64,000 bases of DNA from Eledone cirrhosa. Its lineage: Eukaryota. Positions 1 to 12,217 of this stretch are shown here, piece after piece. The notes beneath the pieces were generated by a model, which had not been told where the DNA came from, did no database searches, and was given only the letters and a program-made list of their open reading frames with translations. Every line of letters begins with the position of its first letter. Within the stretch, counting starts at the first letter, position 1. The stretch lies in NCBI GenBank assembly GCA_964016885.1, contig OZ024759.1, positions 29,450,001 through 29,514,000 on the forward strand. The letters are read 5' to 3'. The position numbers and the translations under genes were made by a program.

Positions 1-272
1 AGACACGTACGTGTACCGTTAATAAAGTTCTCAGGAACATTCAGCATGACACAGTATGCGAGAAAAAGCTAGGACCTTTCAATTTCAGGTACAATTCATC
101 TTTTAGATGAGGTAGCTGAGCATTCCACAGACACGAGTACCTACCTTTAATGTAACTCTCAGTGTTTTAAATTACACTCACAACTCTGTATGTCAGCTGA
201 GCTGACTGGAGCAACGTGAAATACGGTGACTTTCTCAGACACAACACACCGCTCCGCCTGGGAATTCAAACT
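1..272 (-). mobile_element. SINE-like repeat fragment (family also at ~21640-21930 and ~23100-23330)
   Basis: Shared blocks (gctgagcattccacagacac, gttctcagg..attcagc.tgaca, gagcaacgtgaaat) recur at 21710-21850 and in reverse at 23200-23270. Confidence 0.5.
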
Positions 273-989
273 TACAGCTTATAACAATAACAGCAAAGGG
301 ACCCCGCCGAGGATAACTTTGCCTTTCATCCTTACGGGGTCGATAAAATAAAGTACCAGTAATGCACTGTGATAATTGCTGGCCTTGTGCCAAAAGTAGA
401 AACAAATATTTAAACCAAAATGAAACACTGTATTACGAAGCTTGCACTATGGTTGTTCCAAATCCTCAGTTTTTCTCATGCAAGTGAAACCAAAACGCAT
501 TCATATATCTTAAGTATGATCATTTGGTACCCGGTAAGGGTAATTAGACTCATACCAAGGTAGAGATGATCCTCTTTTGAGTATCGAGCATCACTTGGTA
601 TCAACATGCCAGGAATAGCAGCCAAATATCACCCCTCTCCCTTGTTTCGAATACAACACCACCACTGTAAACACGTGCTTCAGAAACAACGAACATAATC
701 ATCAAAGCCGTCTTCTCGACGTGCAAGAAAGAGCAGCCAAATTCCACCCCTTCTTTTTCGCTCACTTATTCCTGAGAGCGTCGTGAGGGTAGAGTCCTTA
801 CACACTCCTTCCAGCGGGTCCTGTCAGAAGCAACCGTTTCCAACTGATCCGGCTGGCTCCCCAAGTGAGACCAGCCAAGCTCGTGGATATTATTCAACTA
901 TCTTGCTTGGGATCTACTCCTGCCGATTGGTTTTGCTCGTAAAATTTATTATTTTACGGGCAAATTCTACCCCACTGTCTTAAATATAA

Positions 990-1320
990 TAATTGTTTCT
1001 ACTTTTGGCACAAGGCCAGCAATAACCCAGTGTATTACTGGTACTTTATTTTATCGACCCTGTAAGGATGAAAGACAAAGTTAACCTCGGCGGGATTTGA
1101 ACTCAGAATGGCAAGGGCCGTATTTCTGATCTCGGCACAAGGCCAACAGTTTTAGGGGAGGAAGCAAGTCGATTAAATACGAAAGGCAAAGCTAACCAGG
1201 GCAGGATTTGAACTCAGAACGTAAAGGACCATATATTAATAGTTTCTGATTTAAGCACAAGGTCAGCAATTTGGAGAAAGGAGGAAAGTCTAGACCCTAG
1301 TATAGGACTGGTATTATATG
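990..1320 (-). mobile_element. Cluster of tRNA-derived SINE fragments, family A (Nin/Deu-like central domain)
   Basis: The core gagttcaaatcccgccgaggttaactttgcctttcatccttacggggtcgataaaataaagtaccagt (B-box followed by a Deu/Nin-like motif) recurs at ~300, 1790, 8515-9005, 9858-10015, 31490, 48655, 49675, 50925 and 57196-57625. Confidence 0.7.
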
Positions 1321-2041
1321 TATCTGAAAGATAAAACTGCATGGATAGCCACGGATGGAACACGTGATCATGGTTGTTGTCTTAGTGTTAAACAACAACA
1401 AACATGGATCATATTTGATCATCGCTATTGTTAAACAACAATAGCATCAAGAAAGTGAAAATCAGTAGAGCAACAAAGGACCTAAAAAACTTACTGTAAT
1501 ACGCAGAGGGAAGCCTTTCTGTACTCCCTTAATAATTTGTGAGGTTAACATGTTATGTGTTAAGAACTTCATTTTGACGAAACAAAAATGTGCTTCCGAA
1601 GTTTTCAAGTAGAGTTAGCAAAGTATTTAAAAAAATATTTTCGTATTTTATTTTTCTTCTTAGTTTAGTATCAGAATTTATATATGTCTTTCACAGACAT
1701 ACACATATATGCAAACACACATATACGTTAATTTCACAGGATTGGCAGTATAAGTAGAGCGTCAGACACTATACTTCGAGAGTTTTGTCCCGATTTAAAT
1801 ACCGCCGAGGTTAGTTTTACTTTTCATCCTTACGGGGTCGATAAAATAAATTGCCAGTAATACACTGGAAGGGAAAACTTCATATGTAGTAGATGTTCTG
1901 TGAAAATTGATAGTAGAAGTGTCAGTGATAGGCACATTTTTCAAATGCAGGTAGGATCTATAGAGCTGGTTGATAGCTTCCGATATCTATGTAATCAGAT
2001 TAGCAAGGGATCAGTATGCCCCGAGACCATAGTATCTAGAA

Positions 2042-4743
2042 CAGCGTTTCTCAACCGGGGTTCCCCGGGTCCCTAAGGGTTCCGCGAGAACAAGTGAGAT
2101 AAGCTAATGTACTTTTGACTTTTTATTTAATTTCATATACGTAATATTACCAAACACGCACAATATATTCTTGGTTATTGTAATATAGACATCATCCTAT
2201 CTAACCTATTATGTTATTAAAAAATATAACAATCATTGGGAATATATTTAGTGATGTCTGTACGGCGCCAGTGTGAAACCGCCTTCACTATCACAGTCAG
2301 TGCCCACTCAGCGGACGGGACCTGTACGTGACTGATGTATCAAGTGACTCATTCAGAACAAGACGCATGCATAGTCTACATCAGTCGTCTCTGTGGTTCC
2401 TGGCGTACAGGTACAGTCTCTCATTCGCCCACAATATTCAGTAAATTTCTTTTCCAGCATTCAGGGATATTTTATGAATTGTAAAAATTTAAGCACGCCT
2501 TTTTATTGCATTTTTACAGAAATACCTAATCACCCAATGTGGCGATTTTTGAAGAGGAAACGTTCCGAAAATTCTGATGAGACTAGTGATGAAGAGCCAC
2601 AAGCTCCTGATCAATTCCACTGCACTAGTAGTTCAACAACGGGCAGAAAGAAGATCCGTCTTTACGATGAAAGTTATTTATCAATGGGCTTCACATGGAC
2701 CGGTGACCCAAGCTGTCCTATTCCATTGTGTGTCGTCTGTGACAAACGACTTACAAATGCAGTAATGGCTCCAGCTAAACTGAAAAGACACTTCACAACA
2801 AATCACAGTCATATGAAAAATAAAAGTGCAGATTATTTTAAAAGGCTGTTGGAATCTCAGAAAAAACAGAGTACAGCTTTTTTGAGTAAAGTTAGTGTAA
2901 GTAAAAGGCTCTTGAAGCAAGTTATTTGGTAGCAGAAATTATTGCACAGAACAGGAAAAGTCACACAGTTGGTGATAACCTAATATTGCCAGCTTGTAAA
3001 ATTATAGTCGGTAAAATGCTTGGACAAAATGCAGTACAAGAAATTGAAAATGTTCCACTTTCAAACAGTACAATAAGTCGACGTATTGATGATATGGCAC
3101 ATGACAGTGAAGAGGTTTTGTGTGACAAATTGAAAAATAGCAGTTTTTCTATTCAGGTTTATGAGTCAACAGATCTTACCAATAAATGTCATGTAGCTTT
3201 TGTAAGATTTGTCAATGAGGGTGAAATTCAAGAAAACTTCCTATGTTGCAAAGAACTGCCTGAGACAAGCAAAGGAATAGATGTATTCAATATTTTGTCC
3301 TCATATCTGGAAACGAGGTCTCTTGGAATGATTGTGTTGGCATCTGTACTGATGGTGCTCCATCAATGGTTGGCTCCATAAAAGGTTTTGTTTCTCTTTT
3401 AAAAAAAGAAAATCCTGATATAATCTCAACACACTGCTTTCTTCACAGAGAGGTATTGATTTTAAAATCACTTGGAGATGAACTGAAAAAGGTTTTTGAT
3501 GATGTTACAAAAATGGTCAACTTTATTAAACAAAGACCAGTTCACTCCAGAATGTTTAAAAGACTGTGAAAAGCTGGACAAAGAACACAAATCTATTGCT
3601 ACATACGGAAATCTGGTGGCTGAGTAGAGGAAGAGTTCTAAATAGGGTGTTTGAGCTGAAAGATGAGTTGCAGAAATACTTTCAAGAAACCAATAAGCAA
3701 GATTTTGCTAAGTGCTTTGAAGATGAACATTTCCTGCAGAGGCTAAGCTACTTAGCAGACATTTTTCATCACATGAATCAACTGAACAAGTCACTGCAAG
3801 GCCCCAGAGAAAATATACTAACTTCAAGTGATAAAATTCTTGCATTTAAAAGAAAGTGAATTTGTGAAAGAACCATGTTGCAAAAGGAAATCTTGAGATG
3901 TTTCCGCTAATTCTGGGGCTTAAAAGTGAAGAGGGATATCAGAAAACTTCAAGTCTTATTGAATCCCATCTGGAGGAACTGTATATCAGAATTGAAAATT
4001 ATTTTCCTTCCCTTTCAACACAGGTGTATGATTGGGTGCGGGATCCATACTCTAAATCTGCTGGTCATCCTTAATTAATATATTGTTGCAGTTTTCAACG
4101 TCTTACATGTGTGAGCAAGCCTTTTCTTATTTAACAAGTATCTCTTCTCAATTGAGAATGAAATCCGTGTGTGTTTATCTAAAGTTCGACCTCGAATTAA
4201 GTATTTGTGTAGCAAAAAACAGGCACAGGTTTCACATTAGAGAAGCATGTTTCACTTTATCAAATGGCTCTGAAAGTAACATTTTCTTGGCCCATTTATT
4301 GGTTCACAGGACATTTTGCCTTGATTTACCTTATGTCTTTTCAACATTGCCAGTAAAGGATAAATAAATAATAAACTGATGCAGCAATTATCTGTTTTCA
4401 TTCTGTTTACATTTATATTATAGGTATATGATATTGGTTACTTATGTTTATTTTTTACGTTTGAGTTTAGAATTTTTTTTGTGTGAATGAAAACTCCCTG
4501 ATGAAGTATTATAAACGAACAGTATGAATTTTATTTAGCATTACCGAAAAATTAGACAAAGAAGTATTAATTTTTCCTTAAACCAGTTATTCAAAAATAT
4601 ATACTATGATATTTATCACATGAACTACAATGAAAATAAAATGAGAAAGATATGGTATATAATTTTGTTTTTGCGCAGGAGTTCCTTGAGACATGTAATT
4701 TATTTTAAGGGTTACACAAGGGTAAAAAGGTTGAGAAACGCTG
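2042..4743 (+). mobile_element. hAT DNA transposon (Charlie/Buster type), decayed
   Basis: 15-bp perfect TIR cagcgtttctcaacc (2042-2056) / ggttgagaaacgctg (4729-4743). Exact 8-bp TSD ATCTAGAA (2034-2041, 4744-4751) matches the NTCTAGAN target preference. Confidence 0.95.
2537..4239 (+). pseudogene. Frameshifted hAT transposase (ZBED5/SCAND3/FAM200-like)
   Basis: BED finger (PLCVVC..KLKRHFTTNH), PLSNSTISRRI, FSIQVYESTD, HCFLHRE, WLSRGRVLNRVFEL and C-terminal STSYMCEQAFS, spread over at least 5 broken frames. Confidence 0.9.
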
Positions 4744-5375
4744 ATCTAGAATAAGGACAGGATGGAAGAAGTTTAGGGAGCTGCTTCCTCTCTTGATAAA
4801 GAAGGGTTTCTCCCTACGAATGAAAGATCGGTTATATGATGCCTGTGTGAGATGCGCGATGCTGCATGGTAGTGAGACATGGGCAGCACCTACAGAGGAT
4901 ATGCGACAGCTGGAGAGAATTGAAGCAAGCATGCTTCGATGGATGTGCAATGTGAATGTGCGTGAACAATCAAGCATAGGCGAGTTGAGTGTGAAACTAT
5001 GTATAAGAGAAGACTGCGTTGGTATGGACGTGTGATGTGCATGGAAGAAGACTGCAGGGTGAAGAAGTGCCAAGAAATCCTGGTGGAAGGAAAACCACGA
5101 AAAATATCGGTAGAGGTGGCGAGAGCTGACTTCAAATCGCTGAAACTCACAGAGGAGACGAGGTACCGTGACGAATGGAGAGATGCTGTGCTGGAGAGGA
5201 CCCGTCTCACCCTTGCAAGCAAGAAAAAGCAGACGTAAAATGATGATGATGATGATATATATATATATATATATACATATACACATGTATATATAATATA
5301 TATATATGTCCCACCCTTGCAAGCAAGAAAAAGCGGACGTAAAATGATGATGATGATGATATATATATATATATC

Positions 5376-6735
5376 ATCATCATCATCGTTTAACATCTAT
5401 CTTCCATGCTAGCATGGGTTTAGAGGGGAATTGTCCCACGTGAGGCAAGATTGGTGGTCTTGCTCGTATAGGACTGTCTGGCGGGTTTTCTACGGCTTGA
5501 TGCCCTTCCTAACACCAACCACGTTTGCAGTGTGGACTGGGAGGTTTTTACCGTGTTACCTACACGGCCACATTACAGTGTGGACTGTGTGTTTTTTTTG
5601 TCGTGACACCTACACGACCTCATTTATTTAGGACTGGATGTTGTGGCACCAACATAACTTTAAAGAGAAAGGGGTGGGGTGTATATTTGGTTAAGAGGTG
5701 CCTACTGACTGTAGGTTTCGCTTTGTACATAGGCAAGGCGGGTCTTCTGTATTACTGCGTAGCACCAAAGATCTTGGTCCAGTGACATTGTCTTGGAGAG
5801 GTGTAAGTGTGTAAGGTCGAAATTTATCAAACGCGTCCCAGGTTTTTCTGGGTCTGCCTACTCTGTAGCTTCCATCTATTTTGATCGCCCTGCACTTTTT
5901 TACACAGCTGTCGTCTTTCATGCGCATCACGTGACCATACCAACGTAGTCTTCTCTTGAGTAAACAGCATCTGATCCCTCTTATTCCTAATTTCTCACTT
6001 AGTTCATTTATGCTTTGCCATTCATGAATATTACTATTACACATCCAACGGAGCATGCAATCTTCGTTCCTCTCCAGTCTGCGCAGATCCTCTGCATACA
6101 ATACCCATGTCTCACTGCCATGTAACATTGCTGTTCGTATGCAGGCATCATACAGCCTGCCTTTCATTTTTAGGGAGAAACCTTTAGCGGCCAATAGTGG
6201 TATAAGCTCTCTGAACTTTTTCCATCCCGTTCTGACTCTAGTTACTGTACTTTCAGAGCACCCTCCACCAAACTGATTTTGTCACCCAGGTAACGGAAGG
6301 TGTTCACTATTTCTATAGAACCATCTGGGCAATGGAAGGAGCTAGTATCCTGTGGGCACTTGCTACTACTTATTGCACCTGAGCACCGGCCACATATAAA
6401 ATCTATATTCTTAGTTAGTTTACCTGTGATCCCACTACATCTTTTATGCACCCATACTTTGCATTTGGGACATAAGATGGAGTTTCTACCTACTCCTTTC
6501 CTACACACTGAGCATGGCCATTTCCCGGAGGGGACCAGTGCCCTATTTTCCTTCCTACATACTAGACAAGTTAATTTTAAGGCCTTTTGATTCTAGGCCA
6601 TGCTTCCAAGTTTGGAATTTCTTCTCTAGTTCAGCCATTGATTCAACTATGAGTGTTAGATCATCTGCGTATAGAAGTTCCCATGGGCAGCCGGTCTTGA
6701 ACTCTTCTGTTATAGCCTGAAGGGCAATAATAAAT
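5376..6735 (-). mobile_element. RTE LINE 3' portion (end of RT, Cys finger, 3'UTR, (GAT)n tail)
   Basis: Minus strand gives LQAITEEFKTGCPWELLYADDL, then ORFs 6242-6508 and 5691-6194 ([30 protein letters not shown]). The 3'UTR matches 46976-47270. Confidence 0.85.
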
Positions 6736-7581
6736 ATGGAAGTTGAAGGATGCCACAGCCAGTGACAAATTTAAAAGCTTATTACTTGATGCTTTTGACA
6801 ATAAGGAAGAGCAATTAGAGATGTACAGTATAGAAAATGAACCTGCTGAAAGCGACGGATGAAATCTGTGGCTGGAGCAGACCTATTGGCAGGAGAGTAA
6901 CTTGGTGGTGGAACAGTAAGGTGGAGGAGACAATCAAGGCCAAATAGCAGGCTTGGAAAGCATGGCAGGATGGGGGAAGTAGAGAACACTATCAAGTGGC
7001 CAGGAGAGAAGCCAAGAGACAAGTGTACTCTGCAAAAAAGGAAACAGGATAGAAAGTTCAAGCATGTTCTACGTGAGGTGTTCAGGATTGCTAGACAATG
7101 TGTAAAGGAAAACTGTGATATTGTCAGGGAGAAGTGTGTCCGTAATGATAATGGTGTACTTGCCCTCACTGATACTGATAAGAAGGTAGCTTGGAAGTGT
7201 CACTACGAGAGACTACTAAATGAGGAGAATAAATGGGAAAAAGATAGTCTGCCCCAAATCGATCCAATAGAAGGACCAGCGGTGCAAGTTAAAGGGAGTA
7301 TAATAAGTAAGGCAATCAAAGATATGATGACCGGCAAGGCAGCTGGGCCTTCGGAGATAGTTGCTGAGATGTTGAAAGCATCTTGAATGGTGGGACATAC
7401 TATGGTCACCTGGATAGTAAACCAAGTAATACAGAATGGGGGTCATACCAAAAGACTGGCATAGCAGCATCATCATTAACTGCTACAAGGGTAAAGGGGA
7501 TGCTCTAGATAGAGGAAACTATAGAGGCATTAAGTTAGTTGACCAGGTCATGAAGGTCACAGAAAGAGTTATAGCACAACT
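6736..7581 (+). mobile_element. RTE LINE upstream portion, inverted relative to the adjacent piece
   Basis: WKCHYERLLNEEN..GKAAGPSEIVAEMLKA..IINCYKGKGDALDRGNYRGIKL, homologous to the N-terminal part of ORF 60593-61993. Confidence 0.85.
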
Positions 7582-7784
7582 GTATATTGTAATCTTTTCA
7601 TTATTTTAAATATTTCTATGATGTCACTCGTTTGATTTATCTTCTCCAATGTTGTAATTATTAGGGTTTTTACATAGGAATACAGTACTAATGTTTATAT
7701 TATCAAGTCTTTCCATTTATATGCAATAGTGTACTAATATTTATATTTTCAAGCATTTATATTTAATATTTAATAGTGTACTAA

Positions 7785-8010
7785 TTATATATTTCTATCA
7801 TGTCTCCTCTAAAGTTGCAATTCCTAACTTTTAAATATTTTTCTTCATGAGAAAGATTTCTTAATTCTGTTGTTTTAAGTTTTGTTCTTCTCTGGATTTC
7901 TTCAATAGTTTCTTTGTCCTCTCTGTGACCGTGTAACCAGACACCAAAACATTATTCGAAGTTGTATCACACATTTCTTGACCTAGACATTTAATTTTTC
8001 TACATTTATC
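7785..8010 (-). pseudogene. Old CR1/Jockey-group LINE C-terminal remnant
   Basis: Broken frames give VW..DKETIEEIQRRTKL..LRNLSHEE..LGIATL..RGDMIEIY, resembling the CR1 'IQRRATK..RGDMIEVY' motif. Confidence 0.45.
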
Positions 8011-10037
8011 TCGGTAAAGGAATATGTTGTTATTCCTCTGATCTGACTTGCTGTTTTGGTTTATTTAACTTAGTTAGCCATCTTTAAATTCAAATCCATA
8101 CATATTCACAATTGTTCGGGGAGGTGTTTGAGAGGTGCCTTTTTACCTCAAACTTTGAATCCAAAATCAGCTTGTCTCTTAAACCTTCAAGTTACGAATA
8201 AGATAATTGAAGTATATATCTATATGCAAGCCATGTATAAATACTGCTGCATGTTAATACTTTCCCCAAACGTTTTTTCTTCAAAATAAGGTGAGACTTA
8301 TATCCCGAAATATATTGTAAAGTGTTCCTGTAAGTGTTCCATTTCAATCAATATCTCATTTAGATTTTCTGTAGAATGTAATGTCGTTGAAGATGCAATC
8401 GTTTGTCTTTATAATAATCAGCTTGTCTAAAAAATTATTCGTTTTGGTGTTTCGTCCATTTTACGTTCAGTGTCACAAACTATCGTCAATTCAAGATTTT
8501 GCTCTGATGTAATAGTTGTTTCTACTTTTGGCACAAGGCCAGCAATTATTCCAGTGCATTACTGGTACTTTATTTTATCGACCCCGTAAGGATGAAATGC
8601 AAAGTTAACCTCAGTAGGATTTGAACTCAGAAGTGCAAGGACCGTAACTCTATGCGCCAAAGCATGGCGTCCGACCCTCTACCGATACTGCTAATCCATC
8701 GCTCTAATGTAATAATTGTTTTCTACTTTTGGCACATTTTACGTTTAGTGTCACAAACTATCGTTATTTCAAGATTTTGAACTAATGTAATAATGGTTTC
8801 TTATTTAGGCACAAAGCCAGCAATTTGGGAGAGGGGAAAGTCGATTAAATCGACCCCAGTGTATTACTGCACTTTATTTTACCGACCCTGTAAGGATGAA
8901 AGGCAAAGCTAACCTCGACGGAATTTGAATTCAGAACGTAAAGAGCCGTAACTCTGTGCTGCAAAGCATGTTGTCCGACGCTGTACAGATACTGCCAATC
9001 CACCAAAGGACTGATATTCTCAATTTTCTTCTTTCTCTTGTATATTGATATCTAAAGGGTGACAAATGTATGTGTTACATCATAGGGAGGAAACAAAACA
9101 CAACCTTCTTCTCTCGTTACAGAAGGCTAACTGACATCTTTCGCAGGAGTGACTAGTACTGGACAACAATGAACATCACGTGTTTAATGATGGTCACCTC
9201 TTACTGCCTTTTTTTATACCATTTTAACTGGAAAGACCTGCCAAATATGGATACACTCTTCTCTCCTTATCAACATTGTCCAAGGACCATTTTTCCCTGC
9301 TTAAGGGGTAAGATAAAATATTAGGGATTAATCTTTACCAATAATTTCATTAAATTATATTTCACCAGAGACTGTTATGTCGTGGTTGTTACTATATTTT
9401 ATAGTCGTGGTTTCAATGTTTAACAGGGGTTGTAGAATTAATTTTATTTAATTATTATCAGACAAAAGAGATTTATATATTGTCGTTGTACGTTAATATC
9501 ACATATATATTTATATACACACCAAGGATGGAGGGACGACGGAATTGAAAACCATTATTGCTGAGTACATCACGGCAGGATCTAATCTAACACACACACA
9601 CACACACAAACTCTCTCTCTCCCGTATATATTTAATAATCAGGTATGACCATTGAAGAAGGTCCCTGTGGTTCATCTGGTTGTAGGATCTAATGAACCCT
9701 AAAGAAATTAGAAACAAAGTGAAAATATATTTTATGAAAGCCCCAGTAAATGTTGACCCGTTTGTAGTAGCAATAACAATGAGAAAGCCACGAACGCCAG
9801 CACATCTATTTTGCTTGGAAATTGAAATTTGGTTTATAAATATTAATTTTCCAAATAGGGTCGGACGCCATGCTTTGCAGCGCAGTTACGTCCCTTTACG
9901 GGCTGAGTTCAAATCCCGTCGAGTTTAACTTTGCCTTTCATCCTTACGGGGTCGATAAAATAAAGTACCAGTAATACACTGAGATAATTGCTGGCCTTGT
10001 GCCAAAAGTGGAAACATTTAATTTTCCAAATACTTTT

Positions 10038-10225
10038 GTGTCTATTTCGGTGGCCTAATGGTAGGTGTTAGAGAGGATGGAGACTCTGGTGTGGGGGTTC
10101 AATCTCAGTGAGAATCTGTACTATAATTTAATTTTTCCCTAGCAAAAGACGTTGACTGAGATTGAAACCCAGAGCAGTTTCTCCACCGTCTCTAATACCT
10201 ACCATTAGGCCACAGAGACAGATAT
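10038..10225. repeat. Inverted pair of tRNA-like heads
   Basis: gtggcctaatggtaggtgttagaga..ggttcaatctcagt is mirrored by actgagattgaaacc..tctctaatacctaccattaggccac. A-box and B-box-like motifs are present. Confidence 0.6.
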
Positions 10226-10392
10226 AAAAAAAAAGTGTGAAATTAATATTTATAAAGTTACTTTTTATTTTATACTATAAAACATAATACGACATGCTGA
10301 CAGTCATTGAACCGCGGACCTGGACCTCCACCGTCTATTATGCTTACCACTAGGCTAAAGGGACGGTTACGGAAACTTACTGAAAATTAATA

Positions 10393-10624
10393 TTTACTTA
10401 TACTAGAAAAAACAGGAAGTGGAGAAAATTGAAAAACTTTTTCTTTTTCTTCCTCTGATTTTTCAAACAAAAGAAAATTTGATGTAAACAAAAACGAAAT
10501 TTTTGCCACGAACGATAACTCGTCTCTGACTTAAATCCAAATTTTGGATAAAAAAAAAATCAGAGGAAGAAAAAGTAGATGTTTTTCAATTTTCTCCACT
10601 TCCGGTTTTTTCAAGTATAAGTAA
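10393..10624. repeat. MITE-like imperfect inverted repeat (~80-bp arms)
   Basis: aaaaaacaggaagtggagaaaattgaaaaac..cttcctctgattttt is mirrored by aaaaatcagaggaag..gtttttcaattttctccacttccggtttttt. Confidence 0.65.
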
Positions 10625-11274
10625 GATTTGAACTTATAATGCTGTACTTTGTAGTAATGTCGCATATTATATTCAACATATTTTAATTAAAATTTGTTTT
10701 TTATAAAAGAAAGAACGAAAAACCTTATTGAAATTAAGAAATTAATTTTATTCAGTAAAGTTGTTTTTATTATGTGTTTTCACTTCATTAACTGCTGAAT
10801 ACGTCTTTTGTTTTTGTTTTTGATTCTTTCTAACCATTGTTTACTGGTGACTGCAACGAGGATTATTACCAAGTTTCACTGGATGATGGCATTATCTTAT
10901 TGTATTATTTTGTTGTCAGTGGACATCTAGACATCTATCTAAATATCTGGAATAAACACAAGGTGTGTCTTTTACGTAACATTTCATTTTAATGTATGAT
11001 GTTCCAGTATATCACATTTAAAATGTAACCAATAAACAAGACAGGGAGGCGACATCAAAAGAAACCACACAGACGAGGTACGAATAATGATGACCGATCC
11101 AGACATACTATTATTGTCTATGATCCACAAACCTTTGGTTATATATACTATACATACGAGAAAACTCATCGCTATATATACCCCCCCTCACACATACATG
11201 TACATATAAATATATACTCACACATGCACACATATATATATACGAGAAAACTCATCGCTATATATACACACACA

Positions 11275-11315
<41 letters not shown>

Positions 11316-11449
11316 GCACACAGATATCTACATATATACACGCACAGCCACTTATATATATATACACGCACACACAGACATATATATATACGCACGTGGG
11401 AAAGTAAAAAATCGGAGAATAGACCGTTAAAACATATTTATTTAAAACA

Positions 11450-11490
11450 GCACCTACGTATGTTTCGCCCAGTTGGACTTCTCAAGGGCA
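11450..11490 (-). ncRNA. Minimal hammerhead ribozyme motif, U3-A8 core variant
   Basis: GCCC UUGAGAA GUCC AACU GGGC GAAAC AUAC GUA GGUGC, followed by AAUAAA. Confidence 0.6.
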
Positions 11491-12163
11491 TAAATAATGA
11501 AAAGTGTTCCTTATATTGCTCGGAAAGAGTTTTTGGGGTTAAATCCACATCAAGGTTCATTACCTTTGGCATACGCTACTTGGCAAATAACTATATGTAT
11601 CACCTATCCTCCCCTTTTTTTTCTCTTTCTCGATACGTAAATACTGTATATATATATATATATATATATATACGAGAAAACTCATCGCTATATTTATATT
11701 TAAACACACACACACAGACATATATATATATATATATACGAGAAAACTCATCGCTATACATATATATACACACATATATACACACACACACAACACATAT
11801 ATATATACACACACATATATACAGTTGGTAAATAATATACTTCTACTTCCCTTCATCATATCCTCGTGTTGGAGGACTTTCTCTTTGTCAACATGTCCCA
11901 GTCAGTCGTTGGAGTGTCATACTAGATGTGCAGTCGTGCTTTACAATCATGAGTTCGATTCTCATGTGTAGCAACCTTCTGAAGGACTTGTGCTTGATTC
12001 TGATAGTTACTTTACCATCGTAGAATCTCATTTGGTCCTGCTATATTCTGGTTATTAATATTAACCAGAATCTTTTGAGAACTGTCGTCTTTGGTCAGAG
12101 TGAATATTTCACCCGTCTACATAACATAGAACCATTTACATTCTTAGTTTCTTTCTTTTTTTT

Positions 12164-12217
<54 letters not shown>

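Larger units (their letters stand above)
1864..5255 (+). mobile_element. RTE-clade LINE 3' fragment split by a hAT insertion
   Basis: 1864-2041 translates ...FICSRC..DRHIFQMQVGSIELVDSFRYL..VSR. It resumes after 4751 as [40 protein letters not shown] and ends in a (GAT)n tail. Collinear with the copy at 60250-62112. Confidence 0.85.

Noticed and set aside
825-890. Hairpin plus GAAACGGUU on the minus strand (related to 50898-50928)
   Set aside because: No CUGANGA core found; too weak to call.
4495-4525. CTGATGA inside the hAT element as a hammerhead
   Set aside because: No stem II and no GAAA in register.
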